Assembly (NCBI GenBank): GCA_002898555.1
Contig: BEHR01000007.1
Span: forward strand, 23,459-87,458
DNA length: 64,000 nucleotides
Source: a bacterium HR15
Lineage (GTDB): Bacteria; Armatimonadota; Fimbriimonadia; Fimbriimonadales; GBS-DC
Direction of reading: 5' to 3'
Under the pieces are notes generated by a model. It saw nothing but the letters and a program-made list of their open reading frames with translations, did not search any database and had not been told where the DNA came from. A program made the position numbers and the translations under genes. Numbering within the stretch: the stretch's first letter is position 1; the number at the start of each line of letters is the position of its first letter. Shown piece after piece: positions 54,849 through 64,000 of the stretch.

Positions 54849-55964
54849 ATGCACTGTGAAGAGATTATCGTGGCACTGAGACAGTTGGAACGGGAGCGAA
54901 ATATCCCGTTCGATGAGCTGATGGCGACCCTTGAAGGGGCGTTTGCGAACGCCTATCGGCGTCAGAGGCATCTGCCCAGCAGTGCGCGTATTCAAGCGAA
55001 ATTCAACCCGGATTATCCCCATTGCTTCCGCGTGTTCGCGGAAAAAGAGGTCGTAGGACTGGTAACGGACGAGAACACCCAGATTAGCCTGGAGGAAGCC
55101 AAACAAATCAAACCGGATGCCGAGGTAGGTGAGGTTATCGAGGTCGATATGCCGGTGGAAGAGTTTGGACGCATCGCGGTGCAGAACGCCCTGCAGGTGC
55201 TGGTGCAACGACTGCGTGAGCTGGAACGCGAACATACGGTCAAGGAGCTGGTCGAGCGCAAGAAGGAGGTCATCCCCGCGCGTGTCGAACGGTTTATCGG
55301 TTCGAAGGTGCTGCTCTCCTACGGGCGGTTGGAGGTGGTGCTGCCCGAAAAGCATCAAAGCCCGCGCGATGTGTATGAGATCGGCGAGACCATCAAGGTC
55401 TATGTGCTGGAGGTCAAATTGCCACCGACGGAACCGGGGCGTGAACCCCGTCTGCGCGATGTGCGCGTTATCGCCTCGCGCACTGAGCCGAACCTCGTCG
55501 CTTGCTTGCTGAGGCAGGAAGTGCCTGAGATCGCCAGCGGCGATGTGGAGATTAAAGCCCTCGCCCGCGAGCCAGGCGAGCGCACAAAGGTCGCGGTGGC
55601 GTCGCGCAATCCGCTCATCGACGCTGTAGGCGCATGTCTCGGTTCGCGCGGCATGCGCGTTCAGGCAATCAGCAACGAGCTGTTCAACGAGCCGATCGAT
55701 GTGGTCAAGTGGAGCCATGACCCAGAGCAGTTCATTCGGGAAGCACTCAGCCCTGCCCGTGTGAACCGGGTCATTCTGAACCCCGAAAAGCGGGAGGCGC
55801 TGGTGGTTGTGCCAAACCATCAGATGCGTCAGGCAGTAGGCAAAGGCGGTGTCAATGTGCGCCTTGCCGAGCAGCTGACGGGCTGGAAGCTCGATGTGCG
55901 CTCGGAAGGGGATATCGCGCGTGGCGAGGCGAGCATGGGCATTCCCTCCGCCCGACGCCCATGA
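54849..55964 (+). CDS. nusA: transcription termination/antitermination factor NusA
   Basis: 371 aa with an N-terminal domain (IVALRQLERERNIPFDELMATLEGAFANAYRR), an S1 domain, and two KH domains (GACLGSRGMRVQAISNEL, AVGKGGVNVRLAEQLTGWKLDV). Confidence 0.9.
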   Translation: MHCEEIIVALRQLERERNIPFDELMATLEGAFANAYRRQRHLPSSARIQAKFNPDYPHCFRVFAEKEVVGLVTDENTQISLEEAKQIKPDAEVGEVIEVDMPVEEFGRIAVQNALQVLVQRLRELEREHTVKELVERKKEVIPARVERFIGSKVLLSYGRLEVVLPEKHQSPRDVYEIGETIKVYVLEVKLPPTEPGREPRLRDVRVIASRTEPNLVACLLRQEVPEIASGDVEIKALAREPGERTKVAVASRNPLIDAVGACLGSRGMRVQAISNELFNEPIDVVKWSHDPEQFIREALSPARVNRVILNPEKREALVVVPNHQMRQAVGKGGVNVRLAEQLTGWKLDVRSEGDIARGEASMGIPSARRP

Positions 55965-56281
55965 AACATGTGCCCATTCGGCGGTGCGTTAGCTGCCGAC
56001 GCACCGCCCCTAAGCACGAACTCCTCCGCTTCACCCGCCAGAGAGACCCTGCTACGGGTGCATGGCGGGTGATGCTGGATCCCACCCAAAAGTTGCCCGG
56101 ACGCGGCGCGTATCTCTGTCCGCGCCGTGAGTGCGTGCAACAAGCCATGAAGAAACGCCTGCTGGATAAAGCGCTGCGCACCGCCGTGCCACGCGAGCTG
56201 CTGGAACCGCTCCTGATGGAGGGCGTGGAGGGGCAGGCTTTCGTGTCTGCCAAAAAACAAAAACACTCAAATGGAGGGTGA
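55961..56281 (+). CDS. ylxR: YlxR/RnpM (DUF448) RNA-binding protein
   Basis: 106 aa carrying PIRRCVSCRRTAPKHELLRF...GRGAYLC. It overlaps the nusA stop. No infB follows. Confidence 0.85.
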   Translation: MKHVPIRRCVSCRRTAPKHELLRFTRQRDPATGAWRVMLDPTQKLPGRGAYLCPRRECVQQAMKKRLLDKALRTAVPRELLEPLLMEGVEGQAFVSAKKQKHSNGG

Positions 56282-56358
56282 GCCACCCGGTGAGCTGAAA
56301 CAAACCCTCCAGCAGTTTGGCAGGAAGCTCCGCCCGCCAGCAAACAGGACAAGACGCC

Positions 56359-57123
56359 TTAGAGCGGGAGGGTTAGCCCGAAACGGCGAGCGCATAGCGG
56401 CAGGTATTCACACACCTCGCAGTGCGGGATAGGCTCCGGCTGCAGCGTCTCAAAATCAGCGTGCAGAATCTGCTGAGCCACATCATCCAACAGCTGCGCG
56501 AACTCCTGTAGCTGGTCGCGCGTAAGAGCCACTGTGGCTTTCTCGCCTGCTCGCAGGGCATAGATGGAAACCCATAGGGGACGGTTGGGATAGTAATGCT
56601 GTAGGAGCAGCGCGTAGCAGTAGAGCGCGAGGTCGTTTGCCACTTGCTCCTGAGTCACCACCTCTCTTTGGCTCTTGTAATCGATAATCTCCAGCGTGCC
56701 GTCGGGATGCTCATCCACTCGGTCCAGTCGTCCGACCAGCACATAGTCGCCCCGATCCATGCGCAGCATTTTCTCGGTGAACAGGGTGCGAGACGGCGAG
56801 GGCTGCGTTGCTTGACGGTCATAATAATCTGCCATCAGTGCATGTCCCAGCTGCTTGTGTGCCTCGCTCTGTGCGGGCGTTTCGAAGCCCGCCGCACTCC
56901 AGAGCGTTTCCAGGGCGTGTGCGACTTGTTCCCGTGAGAGAGTTTCAGCCCCACCCAATTGATGGAACACCTGCAGCACGCGATGTAAATTCGCCCCCAG
57001 CGCCAGAGCCGGGTTCTGGCGACGAAATCGTCGCCCCAGTGGGGAAAGGTATGCCCAGTAATACTTCACTCGGCAGGTCAGATAGGTCTGGATGCGCGTG
57101 GGACTGAGAACGGGCTTTCGCAT
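56359..57123 (-). CDS. PD-(D/E)XK nuclease with Cas4/AddB-type Fe-S cysteine pattern
   Basis: 254 aa with Cys near the N-terminus (YLTCRVKYYW). It has GRLDRVD ... LEIIDYKS (D...D-x-K) and a Q/YxxxY-like ANDLALYCYAL segment. The C-terminus reads CEVCEYLPLC, so the overall cysteine pattern is C-Xn-C-X2-C-X5-C. Confidence 0.7.
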   Translation of the reverse strand: MRKPVLSPTRIQTYLTCRVKYYWAYLSPLGRRFRRQNPALALGANLHRVLQVFHQLGGAETLSREQVAHALETLWSAAGFETPAQSEAHKQLGHALMADYYDRQATQPSPSRTLFTEKMLRMDRGDYVLVGRLDRVDEHPDGTLEIIDYKSQREVVTQEQVANDLALYCYALLLQHYYPNRPLWVSIYALRAGEKATVALTRDQLQEFAQLLDDVAQQILHADFETLQPEPIPHCEVCEYLPLCARRFGLTLPL

Positions 57124-57141
57124 GGGTTCGGCTCTCCCGCA

Positions 57142-58665
57142 TTAGATATCCCTGATCGTCCGCCATTCGCTGCTCGCCTGCAAGTGCAACGCACCGAAGT
57201 TTGCCAGCATAAAGAGTGCCTCCACCTCCGCCAGAGTGAACTCGCGGGGCGCGGTCGTCAGAAGCAGGAGTGCCCCGAAGGCTTGCTCTGCGAGCTGCAG
57301 CGGCACCGCCAACGCGGACTGAAACCCCCCAGGCAGCGGTTCCTTGAGATTTTGTGGGTGGTGGGCAAGGTCGGGGGCAGCGAGTGGGGCATTAAACGCA
57401 TACACCCAGCCAGGCAGACTGTAGGGCACATCGGGATAGTGGTTCAGCAGCACATCCTCGGGCGGCGCGACCCACACAGGCTGAAGCCGTTGTATCGCGG
57501 TAGGCGAATAGCGAGCCATGCGTGTCAAGGGGTCATCGATGTTTCTCGCGAAGTAAATCACGCAGCAATCCGCCGGCACCAGCCGAAGCGCGTTCTCGGC
57601 AAGCAATGCAAGCCATGCTTCGACCGTGCGCGTTTCACCCAGCCGAAGCGAAAACTCATACAAGATCGCCAGATGCTGGGCACGGCGGGCAAGCTGCTCA
57701 TGGAGCAGGGCATAGCCTATCAGGAGCGCAACATGTCCTGCCAAAGTTTCAAGTGTCAGAGAGTGGGGTACACGGCCTTCGGTCATTTCCGCGGTTTCCT
57801 TTTCCCGAGTGCCCACCATCAGCACACCGAGCAGCCGCCCTGCCAGTTGCAGCGGAAACAGGTTCGCGCTCAACCCCTGCTCGGTGGGAATCGTACAGGG
57901 TGTATCCTGCCAGTCGCTGGCAGGTAAAGTGGCGGGCTCGATCGCTTCGGGGAGCAGCGGCGTGCCATAGCGTAGGGTGCAAAGCAAACGGGTGCGTTCC
58001 TCATCATAAAGCCAGATGCCACCTGCCAAGGGCGAGATCGCACGCAATATCGGCTCCACCACTTGTAGCACTTGCTGTAGGCTCAACTCCTCGCCTAACT
58101 GCTTCGGTAGCTGACACAGCCATCCCAGCGCATGCTCGCGCCATTCCAGAGTCTGTTTGAGCGCGTGCAAGTGCATTCCAAGAGTGAAGAACGGGGCAAT
58201 CTGGAGGAGCAATGCCTCATCTTCCTCGGTGAACGGTTCATGCTGGCGATGGTTAACCAGCACCAATGCGCTGCCGGGCATTCCTGGCAGGGGCACACCG
58301 ACCCCAGAGCGCAACCCCTTGAAGCCCCGTCGTATACCGCGTGAGTGAGGTACCTGCTCGCCCTCGTTATAGTACCGCCATGGAATGCCTTTTTGCAGCA
58401 GTTCGTCCAGCACGGTCTCCTCGGGGCGCAGGCGCAAGCCACGCAGTTCCTCCGCCCCTTGCCCCATCACCAGCACAAAATCGATCTCTTGTCCACCCCG
58501 TGCTGGGATCAGCAGCAGGGCGGTCTGTGCAGCGGTCTGCTTACGCGCCCATTCCAGGACATCATTTAGCAGAGCGAACGGGTCGGCACCTCCATGTAAA
58601 CGGCGCAACCAGCTATCCCATTCTGGGCGCACCCGCCCCGCGACTTGCCATTCGCTATTTGCCAT
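57142..58665 (-). CDS. multi-GAF-domain protein without recognisable output domain
   Basis: ORF 57142..58722. The ATG at 58665 (MANSEWQ) avoids overlap with the upstream gene. Three GAF-like segments each end in ...VPL..... G.L.L motifs. Confidence 0.6.
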   Translation of the reverse strand: MANSEWQVAGRVRPEWDSWLRRLHGGADPFALLNDVLEWARKQTAAQTALLLIPARGGQEIDFVLVMGQGAEELRGLRLRPEETVLDELLQKGIPWRYYNEGEQVPHSRGIRRGFKGLRSGVGVPLPGMPGSALVLVNHRQHEPFTEEDEALLLQIAPFFTLGMHLHALKQTLEWREHALGWLCQLPKQLGEELSLQQVLQVVEPILRAISPLAGGIWLYDEERTRLLCTLRYGTPLLPEAIEPATLPASDWQDTPCTIPTEQGLSANLFPLQLAGRLLGVLMVGTREKETAEMTEGRVPHSLTLETLAGHVALLIGYALLHEQLARRAQHLAILYEFSLRLGETRTVEAWLALLAENALRLVPADCCVIYFARNIDDPLTRMARYSPTAIQRLQPVWVAPPEDVLLNHYPDVPYSLPGWVYAFNAPLAAPDLAHHPQNLKEPLPGGFQSALAVPLQLAEQAFGALLLLTTAPREFTLAEVEALFMLANFGALHLQASSEWRTIRDI

Positions 58666-58687
58666 TCGCCATCCGCCGATTATACCC

Positions 58688-60238
58688 TTACTCCCCGCTT
58701 GAACCGAAGTTGAACAGCACAATCATCAAATCCGCGTCGTCTACATAGGCATCGCCTGTCAGATCCAGCGTGGGGTTCCAGGTATCATATGCTGTTAGGA
58801 TGGCAAGCAGGTCCTCGTCATCCACCACACCGTCACCGTTGATATCACCGTTGCCCAACACCACATACACATAGCCGGGCGAATCGGTCTCGATATGAAC
58901 ACCCTGTACCACGCCTGGCAACGAATTACGCAGGCGTATCTTAATGTCATGCTCGCCTACGGGCGTCTCCGATAGAAAGAAGTTCCCACTCGCATCGAGA
59001 GGGGCAATCATTTCGCACTTCAGTTCGCCATCCTGGTAGAACTGTACAACCGCTTCCATCCCCTCGTAGCCATTGTTCCAACCTTGTAGCTCCGCGCCGC
59101 CCAACAAGAAGCCACTCATGGGCCCGAAGGCATAGAGTAGCCCGCTATGGTTCAGAAGATACACCGTGCCATCCGCCCCTATAGCGGGCGCACTGTATGC
59201 CGCTGGGCCGACGCTGGCACGCCAGCGTGTTAGCCCATTGGCAGGGTTAATGGCGTAGAGAACTTGCCCATTATTACCCACCACATAGACCACGCCATCC
59301 GCTCCAATTGCTGGGGGCGAAGCAATGATGCCCAGCGATGCGCGCCACCCCAGCACTCCGGAGAGCGTATGCTTTCGCAGCGTTCCATCCCGCGACGCGA
59401 AAAACACGGCATCGCTATCCAGCGCGGGACCTGCCTCAAAAATGCTCGTTGTTAAGACTATCCATTGCTGCTGCCCTGATAAGTTAACACTACGAAAGGT
59501 CCAATCCCATGAACCAAAAAAGATTTGGTTTCCACTCCGCGCGACCGTACCCCATATGGGGTAGTAGGCGGGAAATCGCCAAAGGAGCGTTCCATGAGGG
59601 CGAACCGCATTCAGGTAGTTTGCCGAGCCGACATAGATAGTGCCATCCTCGCCAAAGCAGGGCGTGCTGTTGGCTTCCCAGCCCAGATAAAGTCGCCAGG
59701 CGACCGTTCCGTCCGGGTTGATGCAATAAAGGTAGCCTCCCGGCGTTTGCCCGTTGGTGACATAGATGCGTCCATCCGGTCCGATGGCAGGCGAGGAACG
59801 CACCTCCGTTCCCCCTAAATAGAGGCTCCAGCGCACCGTACCATTCGGATTAAGCGCGATGAGTTGGGCATCGTTGGGATTGCCAATCACATAGATGGTG
59901 CCATCTGCGCCTATTGCCGGGGTGCAAAATGGAACCCCGATACCTGCAGACCACCGCCAGCGGCGTGTGCCGTTTGGGTTTACGGCGTCGACCCCCGCAG
60001 CAGTTGGTAAATAAATCGTGCCATCTGCCGCGATAGCCGGTGAGGCAAAGGTACGGCTTCCTGCGTTATAGGTCCATCGGAGGCTCCCGTTTGTTGGTGC
60101 GCCCAGTGTGGTGCGACGGCTGTTTCGGTAGTCGCGTCCCAGCGAAGGCCAGGGCGCATTCGGCTGGAGCTGTGTCCAACCCCAGCTCTGGATCGCACAC
60201 AAAACGATGCCGATACCAACCCATTTCCACTTGTTCAT
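58688..60238 (-). CDS. secreted PQQ-like (BamB-type) beta-propeller repeat protein with C-terminal dockerin-type module
   Basis: ORF 58688..60436. The ATG at 60238 follows AAAGGAG (MNKWKWVGIGIVLCAIQSWG signal). It has repeated ADGTIY(V/L) blades. The C-terminus reads GDINGDGVVDDEDLLAIL...LTGDAYVDDADLMIVL. Confidence 0.75.
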   Translation of the reverse strand: MNKWKWVGIGIVLCAIQSWGWTQLQPNAPWPSLGRDYRNSRRTTLGAPTNGSLRWTYNAGSRTFASPAIAADGTIYLPTAAGVDAVNPNGTRRWRWSAGIGVPFCTPAIGADGTIYVIGNPNDAQLIALNPNGTVRWSLYLGGTEVRSSPAIGPDGRIYVTNGQTPGGYLYCINPDGTVAWRLYLGWEANSTPCFGEDGTIYVGSANYLNAVRPHGTLLWRFPAYYPIWGTVARSGNQIFFGSWDWTFRSVNLSGQQQWIVLTTSIFEAGPALDSDAVFFASRDGTLRKHTLSGVLGWRASLGIIASPPAIGADGVVYVVGNNGQVLYAINPANGLTRWRASVGPAAYSAPAIGADGTVYLLNHSGLLYAFGPMSGFLLGGAELQGWNNGYEGMEAVVQFYQDGELKCEMIAPLDASGNFFLSETPVGEHDIKIRLRNSLPGVVQGVHIETDSPGYVYVVLGNGDINGDGVVDDEDLLAILTAYDTWNPTLDLTGDAYVDDADLMIVLFNFGSSGE

Positions 60239-60324
60239 AGCGGCTCCTTTCCCAGCCTTTATTATACACCATTTCACATCGGGATGCACCTCGGTAAAAC
60301 CGCCAGAAATGGCTCTCCGCTGGG

Positions 60325-60330
60325 TATACT
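60325..60330 (+). promoter_or_regulatory. -10 box TATACT placed 9 nt upstream of the ispH ATG at 60340 (leaderless arrangement)
   Basis: The sequence reads ctgggTATACTgtggaatgcATGgaa, with no SD. Confidence 0.4.
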
Positions 60331-60339
60331 GTGGAATGC

Positions 60340-61287
60340 ATGGAAAAGGTGATTCTGGCGGCGCCGCGTGGATTTTGTGCCGGGGTCGCCTATGCGATTG
60401 AGGTGGTGAACCTTGCGCTGAAGGCGTTCGGGACACCCCTTTATGTGCGCCACGCGATTGTGCATAACGAGCATGTGGTGCGTTCGTTTGAGCAGCGCGG
60501 GGTCATCTTTGTGGAGGACTTAGCGGAAGTACCACCTGGCGCCACGGTGGTGTTCAGCGCACATGGCGTGCCGCCTGCGGTGCGTCAGCAAGCCGCTGAG
60601 CGTGGATTGCGCGTGATTGACGCGACCTGCCCACTGGTCAGCAAGGTGCATCGTGAAATCAGCCGCTTTGCTCGTCAGGGCTACCACATTCTTTATATCG
60701 GGCATCGCGGGCATGTGGAAGCCATCGGCAGCATGGGGCACGCTCCCGAACAGGTCACCTTAATTGACAACCTTGCGGAGGCGGAGCAAGTACAGCCGCC
60801 GCCCGATCGCCCACTCGCCGTCGCCACACAGACCACGCTGAGTGTGGACGAGGTGAACGCTATCTTGCAGGTGCTGCGCCGCCGATTCCCGCATCTGGAG
60901 CTGCCTCCCAAAGAGGACATCTGCTACGCGACCACCAATCGGCAAGCAGCGGTCAAAGCGCTCGCCCAGCAATCCGAAATGGTGCTGGTGGTCGGCAGTC
61001 GCTCCAGCAGCAACTCCAATCGCCTGCGCGAGGTCGCCGAGGCGCAGGGTGTGCCCGCCTATCTGTTGCTTGAACCCCACGAGGTGCAACCCAAATGGGT
61101 CCAGCGCTACCGCACCATTGGCGTCACCAGTGGTGCGTCCACACCCGAAGAATCCACCGAAGCCATCGTGGGTGAGCTGCTGCGCTATAGCCCGAACGCC
61201 ACCGTCGAAACGCTCCAGCTGATGGAGGAACAGATCGAATTCATTCCGCCCCGTACATTAATCGCCCAGGCGATGCAGGGACGATAA
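60340..61287 (+). CDS. ispH: 4-hydroxy-3-methylbut-2-enyl diphosphate reductase
   Basis: The track ORF starts at GTG 60331. I prefer the ATG at 60340 (MEKVILAAPRGFCAGVAYAIEVV), the typical IspH N-terminus with the first cluster Cys. Further conserved Cys lie in ATCPLV and ICYATTNRQ. Confidence 0.9.
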   Translation: MEKVILAAPRGFCAGVAYAIEVVNLALKAFGTPLYVRHAIVHNEHVVRSFEQRGVIFVEDLAEVPPGATVVFSAHGVPPAVRQQAAERGLRVIDATCPLVSKVHREISRFARQGYHILYIGHRGHVEAIGSMGHAPEQVTLIDNLAEAEQVQPPPDRPLAVATQTTLSVDEVNAILQVLRRRFPHLELPPKEDICYATTNRQAAVKALAQQSEMVLVVGSRSSSNSNRLREVAEAQGVPAYLLLEPHEVQPKWVQRYRTIGVTSGASTPEESTEAIVGELLRYSPNATVETLQLMEEQIEFIPPRTLIAQAMQGR

Positions 61288-61326
61288 CAGGTATTCTTAT
61301 TAGCAGGGAGGCAGGCGAGCCAGAGC

Positions 61327-63120
61327 ATGGCGCTAACAGGGAATGTGCTGGCAACCCGCTACGAACTGATCGAACGCCTATCGGAGGGGTTGCTGTTTGA
61401 TGTGTATCGCGCTCGCGACCTGGTTCAGGGGCGTGTGGTTACGGTCAAGTTGGTACGCTCGCCCTACCACCAGAATCCGCGCGTGTGCGAACGGCTGCAG
61501 CAAGTGGTCGATGCACGCTTGCGCCTGCGCCATCCCAACCTGATTACGCTGTATAGCTTAGAGGATGAGGACGGGCAGCTCTTTCTGGTCGAGGAGTTTG
61601 TACGCGGGTTGGACTTAGCGACGCGCATCCGACGCACCGCGCCCTTCACCGTGCCTATCGCGGTGGAAATCATGATTGGCATCGTGGAGGGATTGAACGC
61701 GCTCCATCGGGCAGGGCTGGTCCATGGGGACCTGCGTCCAGCGAATGTGCTGGTCGGCTCCGAATGGCATGTATGGCTGAACGGCAGCGAGATGCGTGGA
61801 GTGTATCAAGCCGATCCGACCTTGAGCGCAGCGCACGAAGCACGCATGGTCACCTACACCGCTCCCGAGGTGCTGCGAGGGGCAACGCCCAGCGTCGCCA
61901 GTGACCTGTACGCCTGTGGAGTGATATTTTTTGAGATGCTGGTGGGCGCACCCCCCTTTACCGGGGACACCCCGTTGATGATTGCAGAGGCTCATGAGCA
62001 TGAGCCTGTCCCCTCGCTCCGTGCGCGTAATCCTGCCGTGCCACGCGCGGTGGAGGGTATCGTGACAAAGTGCTTGCAGAAGTCACCGGAAGCACGCTAT
62101 CCCGACGCGCTCGCCCTGCTGAACGATCTCAAAGCGGTGCGCGATGCCTTGCGATTCGGCAGACCGCTGGGTTGGTCCCCGATGGAGACCGCCGCTCCCA
62201 TCGCGAGCTTGCCCACAGGCAGTGCCATTAGCTTCGCCGCGCAACCACCCCTCGCGCGACCTGCTACGGAGGAGGAAAGCGAAGAGGATATTCCCGGATG
62301 GCTCCGCACTATGTTGCGTGTAATGGTAATTCTGGTTGTCTTGGGCTTGATTATATGCGGCGCGATCATGCTCGCGCTGCGAGTCGCTCCCGAAGACCGC
62401 CCTGTGCCCCCTGTGGTCGGTAAAACGCTGCAGGAAGCGAATCAGATGTTGCTGAAAGCGGGCTTTGAGCCGGAGGTCAAGCAGGAGGGATATAGCGAGC
62501 AGTATCCGCCTGGCGTGGTCTATTCGGTCTCACCACCCGAAGGTCGGCTCATCAGTCGTGGCAGTAAGGTGTACCTGTGGGTGAGCAAAGGCTCGAAGTT
62601 CACGACAGTGCCCGATGTGCGCAACCTGCCCGAATCGCGTGCCCGTGCCGAGCTGGAGCGTGCAGGGCTGGCGGTGATGGACGCCACCGAGGAGCGCACC
62701 AGTGCGCAAATCCCGTTTGGCTTTGTGATTGGCACTATCCCACCTGCTGGCTCGCGCATCGACCGCTCACAGCCCATTAAGCTCATCATCAGCGTCGGGC
62801 AAGGAGCGTTCACCCCACCCGCAGAGGAGCCTTCCATCCTGGAGCAACCGTCTACTCCACCACCTCAACAAGGCGAGGATGAATCGTTGAATCCGCCGGG
62901 GCAACCGAAACTGCGCGAGTTTGTCGTCAAGGTGGACCTAACCGATCAGCCCGACCGAACGATTCGCATCGAAGTGGAGGATGCTCATGGGACGCGCACG
63001 GTGGTGAACGAGCGTAAGGTAGGAGGGAGCATCTACGAGTTCCCCATTCAGGCGCATGGCGAGCGTGTTCGCATTCGTGTCTTTGTGGATAACCAACTGG
63101 TGCAGGAGATCGCCCGATGA
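61327..63120 (+). CDS. Ser/Thr protein kinase with TM segment and two PASTA-like extracellular repeats
   Basis: 597 aa with a Hanks kinase domain (VTVKL, HGDLRPANVL, TAPE). It also has a TM helix (VMVILVVLGLIICGAIMLAL) and two PASTA-like units (VVGKTLQEANQMLLKAGF..., VPDVRNLPESRARAELERAGL...). Confidence 0.85.
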   Translation: MALTGNVLATRYELIERLSEGLLFDVYRARDLVQGRVVTVKLVRSPYHQNPRVCERLQQVVDARLRLRHPNLITLYSLEDEDGQLFLVEEFVRGLDLATRIRRTAPFTVPIAVEIMIGIVEGLNALHRAGLVHGDLRPANVLVGSEWHVWLNGSEMRGVYQADPTLSAAHEARMVTYTAPEVLRGATPSVASDLYACGVIFFEMLVGAPPFTGDTPLMIAEAHEHEPVPSLRARNPAVPRAVEGIVTKCLQKSPEARYPDALALLNDLKAVRDALRFGRPLGWSPMETAAPIASLPTGSAISFAAQPPLARPATEEESEEDIPGWLRTMLRVMVILVVLGLIICGAIMLALRVAPEDRPVPPVVGKTLQEANQMLLKAGFEPEVKQEGYSEQYPPGVVYSVSPPEGRLISRGSKVYLWVSKGSKFTTVPDVRNLPESRARAELERAGLAVMDATEERTSAQIPFGFVIGTIPPAGSRIDRSQPIKLIISVGQGAFTPPAEEPSILEQPSTPPPQQGEDESLNPPGQPKLREFVVKVDLTDQPDRTIRIEVEDAHGTRTVVNERKVGGSIYEFPIQAHGERVRIRVFVDNQLVQEIAR

Positions 63121-63812
63121 AGCGTCCCACGGCTGAATCGTCCAAGGTCAAAATCGCGCCCTCCATCTTGTCCGCCGATTTCGGCAGGATGCGGGAAGCT
63201 GTGGAAGCGCTCACGAGTGCCGGTAGCGACTGGATCCATTTCGATGTGATGGATGGGCATTTCGTGCCCAATCTCACCTTCGGTCCACCGATGATTGCCG
63301 CCTTGCGTCCCTACTCACCGTTGCCGTTCGATGTCCATCTGATGATCGAGCGGCCGTGGGAGCTGCTGCCAGCATTTGTAGAGGCGGGCGCGAACCACCT
63401 GATTGTGCATGTGGAGGTCTGCCCGCACCTGCATCGGGTGATCGAACAGATAAAAAGCTATGGCATTGCGGCGGGCGTTGCGCTTAATCCGCACACTCCG
63501 TTGGAAATGGTGATGTCCATCCTGCCCGTGCTGGATATTTTGCTCATCATGACAGTCAATCCGGGCTTTGGCGGGCAGGAATTCATCGAATTGATGCTGC
63601 CCAAGGTGGAGCGTGCCGCCCAGCTGATCGAGCGCGAGGCGCCCCATATCTATCTTTCAGTGGACGGCGGGGTCTCCCCTGCAAACGCAGCACGCCTTGT
63701 GGAAGCGGGCGCGCAGGTGTTGGTAGCGGGTGCCAGTGTCTTTAGCGCGCCCAGCATCACGATGGGCATCGAAAGCCTGCGCCTCGCTGCGACTGGGGGG
63801 CGAACCTCCTAA
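63117..63812 (+). CDS. rpe: ribulose-phosphate 3-epimerase
   Basis: 231 aa with IAPSILSADF, HFDVMDGHFVPN, MTVNPGFGGQ and VDGG motifs. The ATGA overlaps the kinase stop. Confidence 0.9.
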   Translation: MKRPTAESSKVKIAPSILSADFGRMREAVEALTSAGSDWIHFDVMDGHFVPNLTFGPPMIAALRPYSPLPFDVHLMIERPWELLPAFVEAGANHLIVHVEVCPHLHRVIEQIKSYGIAAGVALNPHTPLEMVMSILPVLDILLIMTVNPGFGGQEFIELMLPKVERAAQLIEREAPHIYLSVDGGVSPANAARLVEAGAQVLVAGASVFSAPSITMGIESLRLAATGGRTS

Positions 63813-63864
63813 TGGGGCGAGCACACCCTTCTAACCTGTCCGAACTGTTTGACCAGAACCGAAG

Positions 63865-64000
63865 ATGAGACTCAAACTGTCATACAAGGTGTGGATGACC
63901 ATTCTGTTCATCGCGCTGGTCGCGATGATTCCTGTGGCGGTGCTTCTGAAGCGTGCTGTGCCCGTGGAGGGCGATGAGGCGAAGCAGATGTGGCTGCGCC
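63865..64000 (+). CDS. N-terminal fragment of a membrane protein (runs off the window)
   Basis: The ATG at 63865 gives MRLKLSYKVWMTILFIALVAMIPVAVLLKRAVP.... Only about 45 codons are visible. Confidence 0.4.
   Translation, partial: MRLKLSYKVWMTILFIALVAMIPVAVLLKRAVPVEGDEAKQMWLR

Noticed and set aside
54741-55820. 359-aa reverse-strand ORF
   Set aside because: It is antisense to nusA, which has unambiguous S1/KH motifs. The ORF itself has no motifs.

Overview
Densely coding, high-GC bacterial chromosome segment (about 60% G+C by rough hand counts). The backbone is housekeeping: trxB (partial), purL, etfBA, uppP, rfbD, murA, mreB, ftsK, infC-rpmI-rplT-pheS, nusA-ylxR, ispH, a PASTA Ser/Thr kinase, rpe and three tRNAs (Ser-UGA, Val-CAC, Leu-GAG). 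Accessory content falls into five groups. (i) A low-GC three-gene cassette at 2.9-5.2 kb: an SPPY DNA methyltransferase with permuted motif order, a catalytically degenerate double-LAGLIDADG protein and a small PD-(D/E)XK nuclease. I consider this the best candidate for an undescribed restriction/defence-type system. (ii) A type IV filament / T2SS-like locus: pilB, pilC and four DUF1559-type pseudopilins (two with an exact H-X9-DG motif). Three of the pseudopilins are each followed by a tiny proline-tailed membrane protein, and the locus is interrupted by a low-GC HAF-repeat/dockerin gene. (iii) A TnpB-only IS605-family element with omega-RNA-like hairpins. (iv) A tRNA-adjacent low-GC island with a Zn-ribbon COG1743/DUF1156-type methylase. 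(v) A heavy-metal RND efflux operon with a 23-bp palindromic operator and a decayed PIN toxin-antitoxin remnant inside it. The prepilin signature and H-X9-DG proteins suggest Armatimonadota/PVC-like ancestry, which is inference only. I saw no rRNA, CRISPR array or integrase. Many long ORFs in the track are antisense shadows of real genes, as expected at this GC content.
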